This document shows positions 7,935 to 15,586 of a stretch of DNA of 15,586 nt, piece by piece. Under the pieces are notes generated by a model. The model was given only the letters and a program-made list of their open reading frames with translations, was not told the origin of the DNA and did not search any database. The stretch spans positions 1 through 15,586 of the forward strand of contig NW_021825419.1 in the NCBI RefSeq assembly GCF_006345805.1. The letters run 5' to 3'. The stretch comes from Octopus sinensis (taxonomy: Eukaryota). Position 1 is the first letter of the stretch. Every line of letters starts with the position of its first letter. The position numbers and the translations under genes are program-made.

Positions 7935-9164
7935 AAAGATTTTTTCAGCTCACTATCAAGATGAACACTGCACTTTACACTGTTGGTATCATGATGAGAT
8001 AGAATCATTCTTGAAGGCTCTGCATGATGCAACGCACTCCGCATCTGAAGAGATTCTTGGACTTCCTGATCATGGAAACATCAAAATCGGTTCAGCGATA
8101 ACAACACAGATGTCCAACAATTAATAGATAAAATGCACAAACCATGGACAAATGATAAGAGCTCATCCAGAAAAGAGAATGTCTACAAGAAATGCAGAGG
8201 ACAGATCCATCGCGCTCTGAGACAGATGAAGGAGACTTGGTGGTCTTCCAGGGCTACAGAGCTCCAAGAAGCTGCATAGAGAATGGATTCTAAAACTTTT
8301 TAATGATGGCCTTAAGAAAGTGTATCGTCCTCAAGAGCATTGCGTTACTCCTATTTTTTCATCGAATAGAGAGACACTGTTGACTGATGAATCTGACATC
8401 CTGAAACGATGGAAAGATCACATTGAAACCGTGTTGAACTCCACATCAGTCACTAATGATGACGTCATGATGTCTATTACACAATACACTGAAATATCGG
8501 AACTGTCTCTGGAACCAACCTTCCTGGAAGTGATAAACTATTTCACAGATCTCTTCTGGTAAAGCACCTGGCAGGGATGCTGTCTCTCCTGAAATCTATA
8601 AATATGGTGGACAGAAGCTATTTAAGATACTGCATGACCCCTTCATAAACATTTGAATGGGAGGTTGTGTTTCACAGGACTTCAAGATGCCTCAATTCAA
8701 CATATTTATAAGAACAAAGGAAACAGAATTGTCTGTGATAACCATTGTAGAATATCGCTTCTGTCTATTGCTGGTAAGATTCTTGCTCGACTCATTCTTC
8801 ACAGGATTATCAAACACGTAAATGATATCTATCCAGAATCCCAGTGTGGACATCGCAGTGGTCGTGGCACTATCGACATGATCTTTTCACTCCGAAAGGT
8901 CATAGTGAAGATACGTGAGAAAAATCAAGAGTTGTTCTTGATATTCTTTGACCTTACTAAGGCCTTCAACACGTCAAGCACTATGGAAAGTTCTGAAAAA
9001 GCTTGGTATACCTGACAAGATGTTGAATGTTATCATCTCCTTTCATGATGAAATGAAAGCTACTGTCATGTCCGGAGGGGGATCTTCGGCTTCCTTCGAC
9101 GTTACAATCGGCACAAAGCAAGGTTGTGATTGGCTCCTATTTAGTTTGCACTTTTCAGTGATGC
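7935..9164 (+). mobile_element. AT-rich RTE-clade LINE, left part (linker + RT N-half), decayed
   Basis: LRQMKETWWSSRATELQEAA, ILKRWKDH, GKAPGRD, IYKNKGNRIVCDNHCRISLLSIAGKILAR, PESQCGHRSGRGTIDMIFSLR, FFDLTKAFN, GTKQGC. Start is approximate. Confidence 0.93.
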
Positions 9165-10490
9165 CAGGCTCAGTCAGCAGGGAGGGGCTGTTTGCGCTCC
9201 TGGGTAGGATAGGTTGCCCTCCCAGACTGTTGAAACTCATCACCTCCTTTCACGACGGTATGCAGGGAACAGTGCAGTTTGACGGATCGCCCTCGGAGTC
9301 ATTCCCCATCCAGAGTGGAGTGAAACAGGGTTGCGTTCTGGCGCCGACGCTCTTCGGAATTTTCTTCTCCTTGTCCTGTCCTATGCCTTCAGAACGTCCG
9401 ACGACGGAGTGTTCCTCCACACCAGGCTGATGGTGGATTGTTCAATCTTGCGCGCCTCAGAGCTAAGACCAAAGTCCGTCAGGTGCTGATCAGAGATCCT
9501 CTTTGCTGACGATGCCGCCCTAACATCACACAACCAACCGGTCTCCAGAGGCTGGTCAGCTCCCTGCGGATGCCTGCCAAAAGTTCGGCCTTACCATCGG
9601 CCTGAAAAAGACAGAGATCATGGGCCAGGACGTCGGAGGAGTCCCCAGCATCAGTGTCGGCGACACAGCTTGCAGGTGGTGAACGAGTTCACTTACCTGG
9701 GATCGACGGTCTCCAGCAGCCTGTCCCTCCAGCCGGAGCTGAACAGACGGATTGGGAGGGCTGCTGCTGCCATGGCTAAGCTCTCCAGGAGAGTGTGGGA
9801 AAACACATGCTCACAATAACACCAAGATCGCAGTGTACCGAGCCTGCGTGCTGAGCACACCTACTCTACGGCAGCAAGAGCTGGACAACATACACCGGCA
9901 GGAATGCCGCCTCAGCGGCTTCCACATGCGGTGTCTTCGACGGATCCTTGGCATCTCCTGGAAGGACCGAGTACCAACGGAGTCATCCTGGAACAGACTA
10001 ATATGCCAAGCATTATGCCCTCCTCGTGCGGAGACGACTGTCGCTGGCTCGGACACGTCTGCCGCATGCAGGACGGTCGCATGCCTAAAGACATCTTGTA
10101 CAGCGAACTCACCACGGGATCCCGACCCAAGGGACGTCACAGCTACGATACAGGGACGTGTGCAAGCGGGACCTGAGGACTGCCAACATCTGTGTGGACA
10201 CGTGGGAGGAAAACAGCTGCGACCGCTCTGCCTGGCGTCGGACGGTGAGGAAAGGCGTTTCCATGGCTGAGGAGAGGAGAGCACAGCTGTGGTTGGACAG
10301 GCGGGACCTAGGAGGACAACTGCAGCAACACCCCACACGCACCCATCGATGTTCGTGTGGCAGCAAATGTACCAAGGACTAGCCACTCTAGAATTGGACT
10401 GTTCAGTCACAGCAGACGCTGCACATCATCAAAGTAGGCCCCACCCTTGGCGCAACCCATTGTCTATCAAGACAGACGGGGAAAGAAAGA
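9165..10490 (+). mobile_element. GC-rich 5'-truncated RTE-clade LINE nested in the older RTE
   Basis: SVSREGLF..GVKQGCVLAPTLF..LFADDAAL..FTYLGS..FHMRCLRRILGISWKDRV..RWLGHVCRMQDGRMPKDILY, a C-terminal CxxC..RIGLFSHSRRC finger, stop at 10435-10437, 3' hairpin TGTCT-atca-AGACA and a GAAA tail. TSD TTTCAGTGATGC at 9153-9164 and 10491-10502. Confidence 0.96.
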
Positions 10491-10712
10491 TTTCAGTGAT
10501 GCTAAGGTATGCTTTTGCTGGTATACAAATGGTGTCAAATTCCAGTTTTGAACAAGTGGTGGACTATTCAATCATCAGCAATTCAAAGCCAGAACACTGC
10601 TACGCGCCAGTATCATTCGTGATCTACTTTTTGCAGATGATGCTGCAATAGTAGCGACCACTCAGGAACTTCTCAGGAACTTTCTTCTGCATATAAAGCC
10701 TTTGGTTTAACC
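10491..10712 (+). mobile_element. AT-rich RTE LINE, right part (resumes after the nested insert), 3'-truncated
   Basis: Continues FSVM|LRYAFAG..GVKFQF*TSGGLFNHQQFKART..IRDLLFADDAAIVA..KAFGLT, after which homology stops. Confidence 0.92.
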
Positions 10713-11744
10713 CAGAGTGGGGAGTGGATGCCTATGTGTTTCAAAAATTATATAGCTATATTTGTAGCTGCATTCATACAGTATGGCGGATTATACCATA
10801 TTTTCCCCTTTCTTCATCTTTTTAGTTCATGTACGTTTGGTTCAATATACGCTATGCTTTTCTTAACCCTTTAAACGCATGGGCCCATCCTGACATGACA
10901 TCCACCGTGAGCTCCCGGTGAAAATTTGCAAAAAATTTCAGTTATGAATTATTTTATTCATATGCTAGTTTTTGTTGTTATTTATAATAAATAAACAAAT
11001 AAAATACCTATTTCATGTCTATTTTATTTTCTCACTTCTACCTCCAAAACTGAACTTTAGCATACTAGTCGTGCCAACAGTTTTGACTTTTGGGGAAGTT
11101 CCTTATGTGCAGCACTTTGATTTTGTTGTGTAGCCCTATTCAACCATGAATAGAAGTCTAAACTGCGATGTGAAACGGTCTTGTATTAGTTAAATAGTTA
11201 GCAGCCTAGCGGGTACATATACTATACGCTCAGGCCGGAAAACCTGCCTTTTAGAAAAAAGCTCCACCAGCTTGGAAACAAGCTTAGTAATAGTATTCAC
11301 TAACTCTTTGATTATAGATGGTGGTTGGTTACAGATTATGTCTACATGAGTTTTGTACAAACATGGTTTATGGTAGGATTTAAAATTTGTCTGTACTAAG
11401 TTTCATATTAATGTTTCGGAAATTAATTTCTTTGAAGTTAGGATTAATTATAGTTTTACGTTAAGTTAACTAAATGTGTTACATAATATACGACTCTTAG
11501 ACTGTCGTCCGTATAGACTCTAATGTTGGCTCATTTTATTTCACTTTTAAGGACATGTAGGCGATAAAAGCCAACTAGATCCGCTAATTCTACGTTCTCA
11601 TTGCTGCCATAGTGACATCGAATAGCTCACACAAAAGGAATGATGAAAGTAGAAATTTTCTTGTTTACATGATAATAGCAACGTCGGTGTTAGTGGCGAT
11701 TGTGATACTGAAGAAGGAGCAAGAGCTACTGAAATATGCATATA

Positions 11745-11974
11745 CAGTAATCCCTCGATTATCGCGGATGTTACGTTCCAAACCACCACCACCACCCCAC
11801 GATAGGTGAAAATTCGCGAAGCAGAAACAGTACTGTATTGTATATGTCTTATTATTTTTATAATTTATATATATATATATATATTATAAATGCAAAACAA
11901 CGGCACAGAGAAATCGACGTAAGCTTAAATAATAAACTGCGATGGCTGAACCGCGATATGGCGAGAGGTTACTG
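11745..11974. mobile_element. Tigger/pogo-type (Tc1/mariner) MITE, 230 bp
   Basis: Imperfect TIRs CAGTAATCCCTCGATTATCGCGG / CCGCGATATGGCGAGAGGTTACTG. TA on the left flank (AA on the right) and an AT-rich non-coding interior. Confidence 0.88.
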
Positions 11975-12160
11975 AACACCCATTACTTATTTTTCTATCT
12001 TTAATTGCACTGTTTAAATTACACGTAATCGGATACGAAACATAACAAATCAGCGCTGGCTATAATTTCGATAGTAAATCTGTAGCAATACTCCCCCCAC
12101 ACACACACACGCACACACGCACGCACACGCACACACACACTCACATATATATATAAATAG

Positions 12161-12454
12161 TCTCAGTCATTAAATTACGGCCATGCTGGGACACCGCCTT
12201 AAAGAATGTTTGCCGAAAGAATCGATCCAGGCAATTATGTAATCCTGGTACTTATTCAAACGGTCGCTTTTACTGAACCGCTAAGTTACGGGGACATAAA
12301 CGCACCAACAACGCTTGTCAAGGTGTGGTAGGGTACACACATAAGGATTCTTTCCACAAGATTCTTTCAGTTTCCGTCTACCAAATTCACTCACGAGGCT
12401 TTGATCGGAGCCGGCAATTCGCGGTTGGGAAACTAACCTTTTAGTCACATCCTG
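12161..12454 (-). mobile_element. SINE copy with internal deletions
   Basis: Reverse complement of the family tail and body (CAGTCATT..CGGCCATGCTGG, GAACCGCTAAGTTACGGGGACATAAAC, TTCTTTCAGTTTCCGTCTACCAAATTCACTCAC). The head is degenerate with the B-box region deleted, and the internal microsatellite is nearly absent. Confidence 0.92.
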
Positions 12455-12457
12455 AAT

Positions 12458-12870
12458 GTGGCTGTGTGGTAAGTAGCTTGTTTACCAACCACATGGTTCC
12501 GGGTTCAGTCCCGCTGCGTGCATCTTGGGCAAGTGTCTTCTGCTATGCCCCGGGCCGACCAATGCTTGTGAGTGGATTTGGTAGACGGAAACTGAAAGAA
12601 GCCTGTCGTATATATGTATATATATATATATATATGTGTGTGTATATGTGTTTGTGTGCCTGTGTTTGTTCCATCTAGCATTGCTTGACAACCGATGCTG
12701 GTGTGTTTATGTCCCCGTTACTTAGCGGTTCGGCAAAAGAGACCGATAGAATAAGTACTGGGCTTACAAAAGAATAAGTCCCGGGATCGAGTTGCTAGAT
12801 CAAAGGCAGTGCTCCAGCATGGCCGCAGTCAAATGACTGAAACAAGTAAAAGAGTAAAAGAGTAAAGAGT
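12458..12870 (+). mobile_element. Well-preserved tRNA-derived SINE
   Basis: A-box TGGCTGTGTGG (12459-12469), B-box GGTTCAGTCCC (12502-12512), internal (TA)n(TG)n, and a tail of GTAAAAGA repeats. Confidence 0.95.
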
Positions 12871-13011
12871 ATATATGCGAGCGCGCGCGTGTGTGTAAGA
12901 GTGGAAATATACATACATATTTATGACACGTCTAACATGCATGATCACGTATATGTGTATGTGTAGTGTGTGAGTATATGTATGTATGTATGTATGCATG
13001 TATGTGTGTAC

Positions 13012-13051
<40 letters not shown>

Positions 13052-13251
13052 GTGTACATATTACAAACACACGGATATTGCACACATATATATATTCATA
13101 CATTCAAGTGAATAGGCATAGGTATGTATGTGCGTGTGTTGTGTGTCTATATACATACATATATATATATATATGTGTATATATGTGTGTCTATATACAA
13201 TATATATATATATGTGTAATATATGTGTGTCTATATACATACATATATATA

Positions 13252-13298
<47 letters not shown>

Positions 13299-13299
13299 T

Positions 13300-13373
<74 letters not shown>

Positions 13374-13390
13374 AAATACACATATATATA
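12871..13390. repeat. Compound (TA)n/(TG)n/(TATG)n microsatellite region
   Basis: Direct reading. Source of the YI/CV-repeat pseudo-ORFs. Confidence 0.95.
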
Positions 13391-13524
13391 TTTATTATTC
13401 TAAGCAATTATCGTTGTTATCGTCTAGTTACATCGACTATTTGTTTAAATATTTTATCGAAACAGAAGATCACTTTACAATAAATAAGAAATGACGACCT
13501 GCTTATCAGCCAGGCAGGTTGGGA

Positions 13525-13684
13525 CATATATATGTGAGTGAGTGTGGGTGGGTGTTTAAGTGTATGTGTGATTGTGTGCATGTGTGCATATATATATATG
13601 TGCGTGTAAGTAGATATGTGTACACATACATGTAGACATATTTATTCTTATACATACACATATATAAACACACTCACACACACA

Positions 13685-13741
<57 letters not shown>
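13525..13741. repeat. Compound (TG)n/(CA)n/(TA)n microsatellites
   Basis: Direct reading. Confidence 0.93.
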
Positions 13742-13890
13742 GCGCAGCGATGGCTGCGTGGTTAAAAACAATATTTGCAACCAAGTTGCACTCCTCATCT
13801 TGGGCAAGTTACATCTATTATAACCCAGGATGACAAAATGGTTGAGAGTGATTTTGGTAGACAAACACTTTGTGAACGCCTTTGTAGTAT
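13742..13890 (+). mobile_element. Degenerate SINE 5' half
   Basis: GCGCAGCGATGGCTGCGTGGTTAA..CAACCA..CATCTTGGGCAAGT..GAGAGTGATTTTGGTAGAC is colinear with 12458-12600. Confidence 0.75.
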
Positions 13891-13929
13891 ATAAATAAAC
13901 TTATGTACATACATTCACACACAGGCCTG

Positions 13930-13972
<43 letters not shown>

Positions 13973-13975
13973 GTG

Positions 13976-14039
<64 letters not shown>

Positions 14040-14062
14040 ATGTATGTATATATGTATGTATA
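13930..14062. repeat. (TA)n-(GT)n-(ATGT)n microsatellite
   Basis: Direct reading. Confidence 0.97.
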
Positions 14063-14634
14063 TAACACAGTACTGGAATAACCAACATCTTTTTCACGGC
14101 ATAAAATCGAACTTGCCTATTATCCTACAAAGCCCCAAAATGAAAACTTTGATTGAAAAAATACCTTACGGAATAGCAGACGCCAACAAAAACGTCTTGA
14201 AAAAACACCTCACAAGGGCAGAATTCAAATCAGAGAATGAATCAGAATTCTTAGTAAAAGAATGTGGAGATAGGAGATGTGGAATATGCAACAATATCAA
14301 CAACTTCAAATACTTGGAAAGTGGTTCCCACATAAAATTCAAGAGTGGATCCCTTTTTCAAAATAAAAGCAGATAAGAACTTCAAAACGCAAAATCTCAT
14401 ATACTGCATTACCTACCCAAAATGCAAGGAAAATTACATTGGTAAAACAAATAATTCCCTCTGCCAACGTGCAAGAATACACAGGCAACATATCCGACAA
14501 GTAGAATTGCGCAATATTACATTAAAAAAGTATCTGGAAATATACGGCGTCGGAAAATTCAGGACGATCTGCAATATCGAAAGGACATGGAACTACATTT
14601 CATCGAAAAATTCTCTCCAAAGTTGAGTGTTTGA
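14058..14634 (+). pseudogene. Second Neptune-type Penelope fragment (linker + GIY-YIG endonuclease)
   Basis: LKKHLTRAEF, KECGDRRCGIC (CX4CX2C), NLIYCITYPKCKENYIGKT..RARIHRQHIR, ending MELHFIEKFSPKLSV* (stop 14632-14634). Homologous to, but clearly diverged from, 5440-5915. Confidence 0.92.
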
Positions 14635-14932
14635 AAGAAAAGCAGAGACAGTGCGTTTTGTAAGTGTTGTACTAATGTTCTCTAACACAAAATCATGGAA
14701 TTGAAAAAAGGCGTGATCGAAGTTACACAGTATGAACATGGACATATTCCCAATCAAACACACACGCACGCACACACACACACACACTCACAGAAACATG
14801 CTCACACACAGACACACGCGCGCGCGCACATATACACTTCATCAAGGAGTCCTCCCTAAAACTGAATGTTTGAAAGTAAAGTTGAGAGATTGAATTCTTT
14901 ATTCCAAATGTGGCTCTCTCTACAAATGTTCA

Positions 14933-15090
14933 GATATATGTGTGTAGCATTGAGATGTTCTAGCTTTACGTATATATATATATGTGTGTACATGTGTATA
15001 TATAATGTGCGTGTATGTATATGTATATACATGTGTGTATATATGTGTGTGTATATGTACATATATATACATATATATACATATATATAT

Positions 15091-15154
<64 letters not shown>

Positions 15155-15155
15155 T
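14933..15155. repeat. (TA)n/(TG)n microsatellite region
   Basis: Direct reading. Confidence 0.95.
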
Positions 15156-15295
15156 CCTTGTTTTTTTTCTGTGTCCCTTTCTGTAGAAGAGCGTAGGCTC
15201 GAAACGTAAAAGACGTTTTCTCTATTCTGAGCGTTATATTAATACATCTGTTTGTTTTGTAACAACCCCTATCTTCGTCGTTTTATTTTATTTAC
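15156..15295 (+). mobile_element. Short hammerhead-containing repeat, copy C (best preserved)
   Basis: Starts at the end of (TA)n. Homologous to 3840-3990 (+) and 4100-4225 (-). Confidence 0.75.
15173..15214 (+). ncRNA. Minimal type I hammerhead-like motif with variant core
   Basis: Stem I CTTT/AAAG; core CTGTAGA plus an extra A; stem II GAGC-gtag-GCTC; GAA; palindromic stem III ACGT; GUA triplet with predicted cleavage after A15208. Confidence 0.75.
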
Positions 15296-15586
15296 TGATT
15301 GGTTTTTCAAAATGTTATTTTGCAAATATTATACTAATGTATTTTCATGCAGAACTACACTTTATCAAAAAATTCCCTCCAAAAATGAATGTTTGGAAGC
15401 CGTATATTCTAAATATAACTCAGAAAGGAGAAAAAGAAAGGATCAAAAAGGAAAGAAAAAGGAAAGAAGAAAAGGAGGTGAAAAAGAAAAACAAAAGAAG
15501 AGAGATAGAAAGAGAGCAAAAAAACTTTCAGTGCTGATCAAACCACACCTGTTTTTTTTTAAAGAGATCACCATCCTTAAAAACCC

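Noticed and set aside
9811-10410. 199-aa minus-strand ORF and overlapping ORFs
   Set aside because: Antisense or alternative frames of the GC-rich RTE. Stop codons are scarce because of composition.
10863-10900. TTAA-CCCTTT start resembling a piggyBac left end
   Set aside because: No convincing matching AAGGG-TTAA right end or transposase motif was found downstream in the window.
11612-11809. 65-aa ORF with a hydrophobic stretch (possible small membrane protein)
   Set aside because: Its 3' third runs into the MITE TIR, and there is no splice or homology support.
12458-12530. tRNA gene
   Set aside because: A and B boxes are present, but there is no complete cloverleaf and the sequence continues into the SINE body.
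12829-13494. Long ORFs rich in YI/CV/HT repeats (also 3801-4346, 7539-7862, 13915-14097, 14856-15209)
   Set aside because: Translations of (TA)n/(TG)n microsatellites, which lack stop codons. Not genes.

Overview
AT-rich, repeat-saturated eukaryotic DNA with no recognisable host exon. It is most likely octopus/cephalopod, inferred from a tRNA-derived SINE family I recall from octopus sequences (not verified by search). The window contains: several SINE copies, including a head-to-head pair; the 5' end of an R4/Dong-like non-LTR element abutting (TAA)25; a 5'-truncated Neptune-type Penelope-like element (RT + GIY-YIG) sitting in (TA)n; a second Penelope fragment; a GC-rich RTE LINE nested, with a 12-bp TSD, inside an AT-rich RTE LINE; a Tigger/pogo-like MITE; and many microsatellites. 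The most notable signal is four minimal type I hammerhead ribozyme motifs. One lies in the Penelope 3' repeat (6409-6453). Three lie in a short, non-coding, microsatellite-associated repeat (3895-3927 +, 4183-4219 -, 15173-15214 +). All four have non-canonical catalytic cores, and three retain a palindromic stem III. Most ORFs in the supplied track are microsatellite or antisense artefacts.
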